From the NCBI GenBank assembly GCA_000320545.1, contig ADNK01002342.1, forward strand, positions 1-64,000: a stretch of 64,000 bases of DNA, in the 5' to 3' direction. Under the pieces are notes generated by a model that saw only the letters and a program-made list of their open reading frames with translations, did not search any database and was not told the origin of the DNA. The DNA comes from Bigelowiella natans CCMP2755. Lineage: Eukaryota > Protista > Cercozoa. Made by a program: the position numbers and the translations under genes. This document shows positions 51,811 to 63,517 of this stretch, one piece after another (positions within the stretch are counted from its first letter, which is position 1; each line of letters opens with the position of its first letter).

Positions 51811-53680
51811 ATGGAGGAGGATCATGCGGAGGTAAGAGCACAGGGATGCTTGCTCACCAGCTTGCGGGCTTTCAGGCATTCACGCCACTTGCCCAATCGC
51901 GCTGATACCTTGTTCCTGCTACCTCTGGAACATTGTTTGCTACCTTAGAAACGACGCCCCTCACGGGGTCTGAAATTCGCCAGGCCGCCAGGAGGAGAGG
52001 GGGAAGGTAAAGACCACTTCGAGGGACGGCCCAAGGTACCTATATAAAAGAAGAGCCTGGCCATACACATTATAAGTCTGGTTCATTTTTGTTATCAAGG
52101 GCATAACATTGAAGAGAACAAAGACCGGCCTCGAAGCAAAGCTTGGTAATAGAGCATGATTGGAAGAGGACTTAAGACACCTCGCACTCTTCATCGGCAA
52201 TGTACCCAGCATTCGTCTGCATAACCATTAGGATTTCTTCTACCATTCTGCACATACTCCGTGAAGATCAACGCGGATCCAATTGTCGAGCATTTCCCAA
52301 AATCGGTGTTGCCTTCATTCCTTCACAGCCTGACTTTCGTTGTATAATGTGCATATACGCGCTACCGTGTTTGTGGTTTTGGGAAGCTAGTTCGCATGGT
52401 GACACATAATGCCAATCTTCATTGTCTTTGTTAGAAGAGCGTCCATATTTCCTACAAGAATGCAGAGTACACAAGCACACCCAGCACAATGATGGCACCG
52501 TCGTGTCTGAAGGAAGACCAAACATCTTCATCGTCGTCGTCGTCGTCGTCGTCGCGGCCGCCATTATCTTCCACTGCGCCTGCTGTTTCTCTGGACTCGT
52601 CGTACCCAACGATATGCGTCGAGATCAACGTAGATGATTTGATGTTGTGTCGTCGATCCGCACAAATGATGATGCTGATGATGATGATGATGATGTTTTT
52701 TCCTAAATATATGTTTTGTTTTATCTAGCAATTGGGTGCGTCTTGTTTGCATGTTTGCACGCATATGTTTGCCTCCTGTGTTTTCCAACGTATTGTCATG
52801 CCCCAGCAGATGTTAGAATATATAGATGCTAAGATAATTCGCGAGGTCTCATTCAACAGCTCTCTCCGTTTACTAAACCCTTCCCCACACTTTCCCGCCT
52901 CTGCTCTTTTTCGACCGCTGAACCGCCATTGCTTCATCGCTCTGGCACAAAAGACTACGAAGGAGTCCGTCACGATTGAAGACGAACTGCTTTTCACAAA
53001 TGATGGTCGGTTAGGGGATATATATATATATGTGTGTGTGTGTGTGTAAGTCTATATGACTACATAAGCAAAATATGGTTGCATCTATTTCTCCCCCATC
53101 ATCCGGTTTTCTGAGCTGCATGGCGTTCGAGAAAATACATACCCACACTGTCTTCACACTACGCGCTATCGTAGGAAAATCTGGGGAAACGAAACCTGTT
53201 TCTGTGGTACTCAAAGCAAAGGTTGCTCTTTTCAGTTGTTAGGTCCTTGGGTTCGCCTCTCAATTTCCTCTGTATGATTCTTACAGGTCTTCCGCAAAAC
53301 CCAGGTGGTGATTGCGCATAGCACTGGCATCAATAGTTATCATGGCAGCTGCGGAAGTGTTTTCTTCTTCCTTTCGCGTCGGCGTATAATCATGTATGTG
53401 TTGTGTGTGAGTACCGTATCTTATCGGATTGACGAGACAGAACTTCCCCTCCACCTCACGAGCAGGGGACGCCATTGCTGAAGGACGGAATAAAAAGAAT
53501 CGGAAAGCGGACTGATTTGATGGTGAGTGGTACACTCCCCATTTTTTGATGTGTCTTACTCTTTCTGGTGATATCAACGAGTACTTTCGACGCCCCACTT
53601 AGAAAGCAGCGTTTCTTAACCATGCCCTGTCTTAGAGCGACGTGGAGTCTGAATTCGAGGGTTTCGCTCCCCTACCCTAG
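51811..53680 (+). CDS. C20orf27/ADISSP (DUF4517)-like protein, many micro-exons
   Basis: Spliced product: MEEDHAE|KRRPSRGLKFARPPGERGK|GITLKRTKTGLEAKLGFLLPFCTYSVKINA...TTKESVTIEDELLFTND..ETKPVSVVLKAK|VFRKTQ|GTPLLKDGIKRIGKRTDLM|SDVESEFEGFAPLP*. This parallels human C20orf27 as recalled (VKVGFL..YEI; VRVTVQARVM..GTPMLLDGVKCVG..DSEHSDWHGF). The gene is not visible in the ORF track. Confidence 0.75.
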
Positions 53681-54736
53681 CCCTCGCTCCGCAATGGAAG
53701 CATTTAGAGGCATCAGCGCCAACATGTCCCCCATGGACGTACTACATGCTAGCATGGTTCAGCGAACGCAAAGAATTTGTCAAAGAAGTAATGAAGAGCT
53801 CTAGCTGTGGAGTACCGGTAGGTACTCCAGCGTACCACACGCATACACACACACACACACACATACACGCATAGTAGTAAATATTTATATGTACATTGTG
53901 ATAAAACATAAGCATACTCAGTGTAAATTACATTGCATTTCCACACAGCCTAAAAGCTGCGTTTCTGTAACGCGACTTTGTCTTGATGCATGAACCGTGT
54001 ATCCTAAAGCCCGAGAACGCAAGACCACCGCCCAGCATACATGTCTGGATGTCAAATCCCTCAAATATGCAGCAGCACTTGTGTTAGCTTGCGTGTCATA
54101 TAAAGCTACATTACATATGCTTGTAAGCATGTTCCACATTTCATACGTATCTACTTTTCCGGCGCATCTCTATACGAGGGGAGAGCCACAGCAATTGCAT
54201 AGCATTTGATGTTATCATCCTATCGGATACGATGATCTGCATTACTGCCATGCATGCGCAGATCGAGAGCTCGTATCGAATCGTGTATAGACATATCAAG
54301 ATGAATTATTGAGCGTTACGATATCGTATGTGTACGTGTACACACGATCTCAGCAGGAATTTTGCTTATTACGCTTTACACAGAACATATTGCCATCCCT
54401 AGTCTAAAATATCTATCAGCGTTAACAATTATGATCCGTGCAAGGTTTCAACTACGATACGATGTAATTTTTTAAAAATTACATTTCAAGGAACAACAAA
54501 TACCTATTTTTTGATGCTGAGGCAAGATTGATTGATCAGCACATCTTCATTTGATGCATCAATATTAATGTGTCCTTACCGTCCCCATCCAACTTCCATG
54601 GCGGTTATTTGGTGACGACGAAGTCATAAAGGAGAGGATTTCCTCACCCTGATCAAAGCCTTCATCGTCACCGTTGTCAGCATTGCGTTTGCCTCCATCA
54701 TTACAGCCATCGCTATGTTTTCCCTTCCAAGTCTAT

Positions 54737-56170
54737 TCAGACTGCAGTACGGGGGGACCCGCGATCTCCGGCGTCGTTGGCGGGAGCATCAGTGCCGTCG
54801 TTGCTGCTCGCGAGATTGATGGCGAGGAACCCCGCAACCACCAAAATCGCAGCTCCGATCGAACTCACCGTTGGGAGGATGGCATTCAGGAAAAGATCTG
54901 AAATAATCGCCAGAGGTATGGTCAGGGACAAACCAATCGTCGCGACGGTTGGCGTTGTAAGGAGCACGCCGAGCGCCCATAGGTAGTCGGATACCACGTT
55001 GTCCAATATCCCTTTGGCCACGATGAGGCCGATCGTCTCAGCTGTCACACTATAGAGCGTCTCCACACCTGTGTAGTTTAGAGCTATGACAACAGGGGCT
55101 AACATAATCATGTTTATTAAACCCAGGAACCCGAAGAACAGTGGGAGGGACACAGCAGACTCGTCAGGGATTTTCCAGCGAATGCAAACCGTGTACACGC
55201 CGTACATGAAAGCTGAAAACATGCAGACAACATCGCCCCAGGCTGTCTCAGCTGCATTGCTTCTTGTGCTATCTCCAAATGTCGTCAGGACGTTGCCCCC
55301 CAAACAGAGGAGCACCCCCCCTACCTTCCACCAGCTGAAGCCCTCCCCCAGCACGCAGATGGAGAGAACAAATGTCCAGAGCGTCGACGTGTTCGAAATG
55401 ACCGTTGAGGAGGTAACAGAAGTCATAGCTAGTGACTCGTTGTAGGACCAATTGGCCAGAAACCACAAAGGACAAATCAGTGCGCTAGTCCGGGCAATCT
55501 CCACCTTGGTGTAAACTGAGGATGATACGGTTGAAGCTGCCCCGTCGCTGCTGCTTCTTGAGTTGCTGCCAGGGTCTGATTCCTCGCTTGTTCCCCCTAT
55601 CTCATTTACAGGCTTCATAGGCCGGCGGTGGCGTCGGCGTCGGTGATGGTGGTGGCCGCCGTTATAAGTCTGGTGCTTCTTATCTTTGAGTTTCTCTTCC
55701 ACGTCATCCTCTTCAAAATCACGCAGAGAATGCCCATTCTTCGAGTCGGGGGATCCACCAGTACCATTACGAATGTTTACATAGTCGAACACCGCGCTCA
55801 AGCCTGTGGGCACGTCGCTGACGTAGCCCATCCGCAACCCAACGTACCAAATGGGGAGGTTGATAGCGAAGAGGGAATTGCATAAATAGGTCAGAAAGAA
55901 CGGCCGCCGGAAGGACTCTTTCTCAAAGATAAACTGAACTAGTACGGATGCGCCTGCCCAAATCACAGCGACTGACACGATGCAGAGAACTCCCAAAGCC
56001 CATCGCTTCTCCGCTGTGCGAGGCTGCTGTCGGACCTCCACGAAGACGGTCTCCATGGTTTCCCCGGTGGTGCTTCTGCCTTCGTTGTTGTCCCTGATTT
56101 GCTCCTGCTGATTGTTCAAGCTTCTATTTGTTCTAATATCGATGGACCCTTGCTCCCTCTCTGCTCTCAT
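54737..56170 (-). CDS. SLC35F5/THI74-like drug-metabolite (EamA) transporter
   Basis: Intronless 477-aa ORF with ~10 TM helices. Motifs include WAGASVLVQFIF..FRRPFFLTYLCNSLF, CPLWFLANWSYNESLAMTSVTSSTVISNTSTLWT, WGDVVCMFSAFMYGVYTV, FFGFLGLIN and NVVSDYLWALGVLLTTPTVATIGLSLTIPLA. Confidence 0.9.
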   Translation of the reverse strand: MRAEREQGSIDIRTNRSLNNQQEQIRDNNEGRSTTGETMETVFVEVRQQPRTAEKRWALGVLCIVSVAVIWAGASVLVQFIFEKESFRRPFFLTYLCNSLFAINLPIWYVGLRMGYVSDVPTGLSAVFDYVNIRNGTGGSPDSKNGHSLRDFEEDDVEEKLKDKKHQTYNGGHHHHRRRRHRRPMKPVNEIGGTSEESDPGSNSRSSSDGAASTVSSSVYTKVEIARTSALICPLWFLANWSYNESLAMTSVTSSTVISNTSTLWTFVLSICVLGEGFSWWKVGGVLLCLGGNVLTTFGDSTRSNAAETAWGDVVCMFSAFMYGVYTVCIRWKIPDESAVSLPLFFGFLGLINMIMLAPVVIALNYTGVETLYSVTAETIGLIVAKGILDNVVSDYLWALGVLLTTPTVATIGLSLTIPLAIISDLFLNAILPTVSSIGAAILVVAGFLAINLASSNDGTDAPANDAGDRGSPRTAV

Positions 56171-56745
56171 CTAACGCCTCGTGGCGTAGAGGGGGGGACT
56201 TAACTCGAAAACCACCGCAGGTTACTGGCGGGCTTTTTAAGTCACATAATTATCCCAGAAATATCTATTTCGTTTCTTCCTGAGCCAATTCTGCTTGCAG
56301 ATTTTTGGGCGGCGACAACCCTGCGACGAAGGGTACTTCCGTTTATCTCCGTCGGGGCAGAACCTACACATTATTGACTGGAAAATTCCAGATATGTATC
56401 TCTTCCGTATGCGCATTTCTCCGCGGCCATGGAAGTTTTCTGTAAGTCGTAGGGGTACAGAGGTGCTGCTTTTCCCTCGAATTTAATATTGTAGCGCACA
56501 ACCCCAGAAATATCATGGTGATTCCCGCCCACATGAGCGGATCATTATTGTTAGTATTTTCGTACATGTGTTAATAAAATAGGCAGGATATATCTGAACT
56601 TACGACATAGATGATTTTGCCAATTCCCAAACTAACTAGAACCACTCGCCACACTGATCCGGCCCCCCCCCTACTCCGAAACAGAAGCCGAGAGGAGTGG
56701 TTGGGACTGCAGCTAGCTACCGCTTTCTTCACATCCGAAGCGAAA

Positions 56746-57765
56746 ATGTTCTTACGGTCTGGACTGCATTGCTCACGCCCACTTCGAGGTTCGTCGCGGT
56801 TGCAGCGGCTTCAAGTCGTCGCCGCAACCGCGAGATTACCAAGCTCTACTATAAGAAGGAATTCTCCATCGAGGTGGGAACCTGTGGACATGCGGTTTCT
56901 CTCCGTGCGTGGTAGCGGAAGAACAAATCGTTCGTTCGATTTCACGAAGGGCGGGAATGTCCATAGAGCAGGACCGGAGAAGAAGAAAAACAAGGCAATC
57001 ACCGCCAAAGAGGTCTTGCTGATCAACGAAGAGGGAAAGAACCTTGGCGTCGTGAGCCTTAGTAATGCGCTTTCTAACGCAAAGAGCGTTGGAGCGGATC
57101 TTGTTCAGGTGTCCCTCACCTTTCAAATCCCCTGATACTATCTATCCATACACCATCTGGGTAGTGTGTGTGTGTGTGTGTATTTGTGTGTGTGTGTGTT
57201 GAACGCGTATATACATATGTCTGAAGAAAAGGAACCTACCTCAGATGTCACTAAGCGTGCCCCCCGTCTGCAGGATCGTAAAGGAGGAAGAGGTGAAATA
57301 TTCTCAATGCCCCGCGAATTTTATGTCCTTGAAATCATATTTTTCGCGCTCCTGTCGCTATCGTTTCCTCATCTCTCCCCCCCTCTCCCTCTCTCCCAGG
57401 GCAAGAAGAGCAAGAAGGTGGACTCCAATGAAGTTCACAAACTAGAAAAACAGATGAAATCGCTCAAGATCTTCCGCTTAAGACCCCAGATAGAACGCCA
57501 CGACTTGGAAAACAAGATGAATCAGGCCTCGAAGCAGCTTAAAAAGGGCCATCCCGTCAAATTTATGATTCAAGGGGGTCATTCAGCTAACGAAAAATCA
57601 AAAAGGGAATTAATCAATAGTATCTACGAAGGGCTCGTCGCTACCGGAAATGGCCACACGTTGGACACGCTTACAACCTTATATACAAGGCCGTTCATTC
57701 TGCTCAGTCCTGTCGAGCTGTCAGCGACAACGGAAAGCAACGCAGCAAAGCAGAGCAATGAATGA
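56746..57765 (+). CDS. Organellar (probably mitochondrial) translation initiation factor IF-3
   Basis: Three exons. An Arg/Ser-rich presequence (MFLRSGLHCSRPLRGSSRLQR) precedes the IF3-N domain (NKAITAKEVLLINEEGKNLGVVSLSNALSNAKSVGADLVQ|..PPVCRIV) and the IF3-C domain (KIFRLRPQIERHDLENKMNQASKQLKKGHPVKFMI). Confidence 0.88.
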
Positions 57766-58658
57766 AGGGATTCCTATGAAATAGAAATCAAGGATTATAC
57801 TTAGTTGGTTGTGCCTCAATATTTGGTCACCATTCATACAACAGGGAAGATTCCAGCGCGACGGTAGCTAGCGTGCCAAGTATGTATACAATACATAGCA
57901 GATTCCTTATGTGAGACTCATATGATGAAATAATTACGCTTTTTCAATAGCCATCCTAATATAGCTGTGCAAAGTAACGACTACGTACAGCGCTAAGATT
58001 GTGATTGTCAGATTCTTTGTGTCTGATAGCTGGTAGAATTGAGCGAGCGTTGCTTGCCGTACATCATGTACCTCTGCCCCCGGCTACGCATCATAGATTA
58101 GTTGCTAAGCTCTTAACTAGTGAAAATAAAACCGCGCTAGTCTGGCTACGAAGATCCCGCTAAGCCAGTCCACATGCAGTAAGCTTAATGCCTGTGGCGG
58201 TGATTCAAACAACGTACAACTACATAGAGTGATGACAGACCGCTTGGGTGAAGCTATGCTGCTGCTACACTTGTTTATATTGCACAGGCAGACACATGCA
58301 GCACCTCAAAGAATCGAACAACACGTTGAAACATATTCCGTTAACAGTTCAATTTGGCCGAGCCGATGGCCACGGCAACACATATTTGCGATTTTTCTGA
58401 CAACTTACATATTTACACGACCCCTCTAAAACATATATCTTATACTTAAATAACGAATAATTTGATCTGGATCTTTCGCTTGCAGATAAGTTTTACACAC
58501 ATCTAGCCTCCCCCTAATATTCTTTACAGTTGCATCATCCATGCATCTAAGCAAAATGCTGTTACATCTCGCTGGATTCTCTTCGCATATTCTTTACAGA
58601 AAGAGCGTGCACCACTCACTCAAGGAGTGTAGATGTCTTCATCCTACATGCCTTGTCG

Positions 58659-59515
58659 CTATGCTGAGGAAGAAGAATATACGATTGGAAAGAGCTCACA
58701 TTCCATCTTCGCACCTGGTTGCAGTCCGCAGTCGTAGCCATTCTCGGCCCATTTGAAATGCATGGTTCCAGGCCGCGGATCGAACCTGTATCATCGTCGT
58801 CGGGATGGTTGTGAGCACAGAGGAGATGATGGCGACTCTATAGACTGAAAGTAGACGATTGGCATGTGCTTGTGCACTGTGGCATTCATTCGTGCGAAGT
58901 AGCTCGGAGAGGGGGGGAGGGGGGATAGGGGAAAGGGAGAAAAGGGGTGAACCGACGTGATATCATCACCCAACCAACGCGTCGCGTAGCCTCTACGCAT
59001 CGTTTTCAGATCCGTATTGCCAGTTGCCCCGTGAAGCGTCCAGCCATGGTGTACGACAATGTCGCCGGGCTCCTGGTGAATACCATCATCGGAGTCGTTC
59101 ATCGGATATATCGAGCGCACATAGTTTGAACGGGGGATGTGCAATGTGTACACGCGACCATGTCCCATCCGAGGAGCTCGTACTCGCCTCTATGAATGGC
59201 CTCCAGAGGGATCTGAGCAGCGTGGAAGAGTGCAAGGCGAGTTTACTTTTCGGCTGTGTGCATGTGTGCGCGCGCGCGCGCGCGCGTGTTTTCTTGTTAT
59301 GCTGTTGTCATTCGTCGCAGAAGGAATGCGAGGAACCTCTTCTTGATTCGGCGACTGAGCGTACCGCCCGTCATCAGAGTCCTCTCCCGAGAAATTTGTG
59401 ATCCTACACACGCAGCACACATACATTCAACCGATGTTATATAATGAAGGGTGCAGCTCGTGGGAAATGCAGGCACATGCAGACACGAATGCAGCATGCA
59501 TAAACATAGTTCTAC

Positions 59516-59558
<43 letters not shown>

Positions 59559-61067
59559 CACACACACTGTGGATGTGTGTGTATTAATATAATTCTTTAT
59601 GTCTGTGTACGCGTACGTGTGCGATAGCGCATACATGCACTTTTCTTTCTCTTCTTACAAGGCGGTAAATTGCATACTCTAACTTAGTCACACTTACTTA
59701 TGCAGCATTTTCCATCTATGCGAGCCTCGGACGTAGGTTACCATGTTCTCTCTCTTCACTTTGTCCAGCGCAAGCCAAATCTGAGCAAGAAACACTTTGC
59801 ATCTTGCTTCTTTACTCGCGGCTAACTCACTTCGCTGTTGCTAGTTTCCAGGGCGGAAATATATAAATATCGTTGATATGTTCCCCCCTCTTCTTCCAAT
59901 CAATCGACAACATGACGGACTACCGAGCAGATGTCGTTGCCTCGGATCTGCCAGTATGAATAGTCATTGTGCCACGGGGTGGGGGCAACAGTTCCGGGCT
60001 CCTTAACTAACAAATGATCATCTGGCAAACCAACGATGTAAACACAAACAACAACAACAACAACGAAACCAACGCACAATAAGCAAGCATCAATACAGTA
60101 CAATCTGGAATCTGTGAGTGTGGTAAGAGAGTAACGCATAGAGGGAGGGGGAAAGAGAGGAAGCTGATTTGGCAACACACAGAGAATATTCACGGATGTA
60201 GATCCCATGATCTGTGCCGCGATCTTGGCCACAGGCGAATTGAAGAGATATGCACGACATTCGTCATGTCGCCTCCACAAGAACTGGTCATCGTGAAATC
60301 TAAAGGATGCAGCAAGTAAATAAAGACGAGGAGTCTCACCCACACCATTTCCCACGATTTCGATCATCAAGTTATCACCACTATCGACATCTTTTCTCTG
60401 ATAAACGCCATCGTAACTAGACAATATTCACCTGCCTGCGGACCCAGCCGCAGCCGAGTGCTCGTCGCACAAAGGCCCAGGATTCTGCGGTGAACGATAA
60501 AATACCGTTTTTATTTATTCCAAATGAGATACGCACTGCCACCCCCCTCCACGCTCTCCCACTCTAACACTTCGACTTTTTATCGGGGCAGCACAGGACA
60601 TGAGGGAAAGCGGAACACTCGCCTCTGTCAGACATAAGCTTATCCCATTTAATTCTTGCCAGGTTTTGACGCCGACTTTGGAAAGGGAGTGACCAAAGCC
60701 AGAAACACGCCTGGCGTCATCATCTATCCCTAGCCTCTCCTCCCTTGGTGTGTACGGGGCAACGTGTGATGTGGGTTTAAAGAGGGAAGATAAAAGAAAA
60801 GCAACCTTCATATTTTTTTCGCATGCCTGCCTAAGCGACTCAACAAATTCCTCAGGGATCGCGTTTCGTATGCAGACTACGCCATCTTCCTCGAATTGTG
60901 ACTTTGCATGGGTGCTTACAGTGCTCAACGTCCTGTAGATAGCCACGCTCAAGATACGGGGAGAAAATGCACAATTTCATTCCAAACCTGCGATGCGGGT
61001 TGAGATCTTTCATGCGGCACAGCGCTCTCTTGGAGAAGAGGAGCAGGCGCCCAGCAGCTGCCGCCAT
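58659..61067 (-). CDS. Phytanoyl-CoA dioxygenase (PhyH)-family Fe(II)/2OG oxygenase with mitochondrial-type presequence
   Basis: About 10 exons: FEEDGVVCIRNAIP, RFHDDQFLWRRH, DHLLVKEPGTVAPTPWHNDYSYW (HxD), IWLALD, YVRGSHRW, LGWDM|EPGDIVVHHGWTLHGA (distal His), RRGYATRWLGDD, and the end ..ELFPIVYSSSSA*. Confidence 0.9.
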
Positions 61068-61961
61068 TGAAAGGGAAAGGGGAAGGAAGAGGCCAGCTTT
61101 CGAAGTAGAGGGGATCACGGGTTGTTGTGAGGGGTGTTGTGGGATTCGAAGATTTTTTATGCGGCTTACTTGTATCAAAATGAATTAAAAAAAACGACAT
61201 GATTCAAGATTCGTGTTCATTCGACATCGCCAACGAGATTGTGCCACTCTAGGCTCAGCTGATCGTCTTTCGCTGGGCTTGGCGCCCTTCCAAGGTCATT
61301 CGTCTGAGTGCAGCGGCCGGTGCAGATCGCACTGATGCGATGATGATGTTGTGATGGTGCCACGGTGCATCATTGAATTCCAACATTGAGGATGCCATTG
61401 CATCCACTGCCAGGCTGTTGTGGACTGTGGCCTGTGCTGAGGCTGAACATGCACGTTTGAGACAGTTTGAGCTAGCGAGCAAGCACCGCTGCAACAATGT
61501 GCTGCTGCGGCACACGCTAGCACGACGCTGTTTGCTGGCGTGCACAACTGGTTTCCAGTTGCTGTCAATGGGGCACGTGATTTTCAGCGATCGATCACTG
61601 ACCACTTGCAACTGCAAAAATGCCAATGCCACGCTGCAGCGCAACAATGAATCGCGACAGCAACGGAGCCGTCAGCCACGCGCAGCACAGGTGTGTGGTT
61701 GGCTGAGAGGACCGTGTTTGAATTCAAACTTCTGCAACACGTCTGCATGCTGACATCATGGTTTTGGACCTCATCAAATCTTGTGTTTGTTCGGCTCGTA
61801 GAACTGGGCGACGGCAAGATGCCCGTCTAGAAGTTTGCAATCATCATGCGGTGTCAATCCCATCGAATGACGGCTTTCACGTGCATGTCTAGCATGTCTA
61901 GATGCATGACCAGATGGTCCACCTTGTTTTGTGGAATCCCGCTCTCCTACCTATAACCTAG

Positions 61962-63517
61962 CTAGGAATCCTGAATTCTTCTCGAGTACAAGTAAACATC
62001 CATTGAGTCCCTGGGGTGCATAAATCAATTTAGCCACAAGAAGAATTCAACATGATTTTCTGGCAGTCATCCAAATGCGTCCCGACTCATAATTATTTTG
62101 AAAAAACATTTCAACCAAGCCATTCATAGGAACGTGATGTTTTGAATTATATGTGTTCTAAAACAGCCTTGGCATCATTGTTCATCGTGACCCACCATGT
62201 CTGAGGCAAGGTAATCTCCGAGAGCTCAAACGCCTTTTCTAATCCAGGTATTTCATCTAGCGCAGCAACCGCCTCGATCTGACCAAAACATCATCATCAA
62301 CGAAAGTAGATTCAAAACAAAAATGACAAAGAACTTTCATGATACTCATTTCAACCCTAATTTAGCACACGCTATCACACTATGTATCTACGAGAATCGA
62401 AGAATACGTAATGACCGTCTTGGATTCGAGAATTTTCTCTCCTAAGGCTGCTGAGACACTTGCGGGAAAGCACAGGTTTGCCGTCCATATGACAGTCGCG
62501 TCAGAGAAGTCACGCTGCCGTAAATCACCCTGAAAAAGCTTCACCTTCGAGGAGGAACATCATTCTCGTCATCTCAAACGTCATGTCATCACACAACAAA
62601 TATTCGTGGTTACTATTACATCATCTTCGAGCGCCTTCTTTAATGGAAGGCTGTTGGTCTGGGCCGCGACTGCGCGTTGAAGTTCCGTTGCAGCGTCGCT
62701 GCGAGATTGAGAGAACTCAACGCCCTGACTTTTACTGGCATATCCTGCAGCTCGCATGTGTAGCACCATTTTGCCGGCGCCTGAACCTAGGTCCCAGAAC
62801 GAAGCCGTCGGCTTCCTGTCAAGTTGTAATATCTTTGCTAGCTTCTCGACGCCATCGCGTGTAATCTCGCCATATGTTCCTCCAGTGCAAGGAGGGGGGT
62901 ATCCGGTCAGAGGATTGAAACCAATTGAGGACAACTTGTCGTAGGTCCGGAAGGCCAAACTAGCATCCTTCGCCTCGGTCGTGTACCTGAAGATAAAATT
63001 TATTACTGAGCCAGCTTGATCCTTGAGTTAATCCCAAGCCGTCGGTTCTAAATCGACCGGCAGAGATATTCTCCCGATGAATTGTTACTACCCAGCCTTG
63101 GGCTTGTAGGAGTATATAAGGTCTAAAAATCTTTCAACATCCTCCTTGTTGTTCTCCGTTGTCTGTGCTGCCTCTGAAAGGCGGATCCCGAGCCCGGTCC
63201 CTGAAGCCAGTGCCCCGCGAAACATAACCCTTCTCGACCAGGCAATTCCTCTTTGTATTCATATCGGGAAGATAGATGTTGGCAGAAAACAAATGAATAG
63301 CACAGAATGGACTATATTTAGGCGGACGCAACAATGAAAAAGCCTAGATGGACCTTCTATCCGCTTGATCCGGCCTAGAGCGCGACTCAGCGTGCCGGCA
63401 TCTGACCGTCCTGGCCAGTCCTGGCCCCATCCCAACTGAAGCTTCAGCAATGGCCACAAACAGGAAAGGGATCCTCAGCATAGCCCCGTAGAAACGAGGG
63501 GTAGCCCTGGTCATCAT
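61962..63517 (-). CDS. DOT1-like class I SAM-dependent methyltransferase with plastid-type targeting leader
   Basis: The core is GGTYGEITRDGV..FWDLGSGAGKMVLH..GVEFSQSR..FQGDLRQRDFSDATVIWTANLCF (the DOT1-family YGE, DLGSG.G and N..F motifs). Spliced 5' exons give MMTRATPRFYGAMLRIPFLFVAIAEASVG...SRRVMFRGALASGTGLGIRLSEAAQ. The last exon is WDSMDVYLYSRRIQDS*. Confidence 0.8.

Noticed and set aside
59190-59426. Apparent in-frame stop within the PhyH gene (pseudogene or readthrough)
   Set aside because: Resolved by ordinary GT-AG splicing into a different frame (IPLEAIHRGEYELLGWDM).
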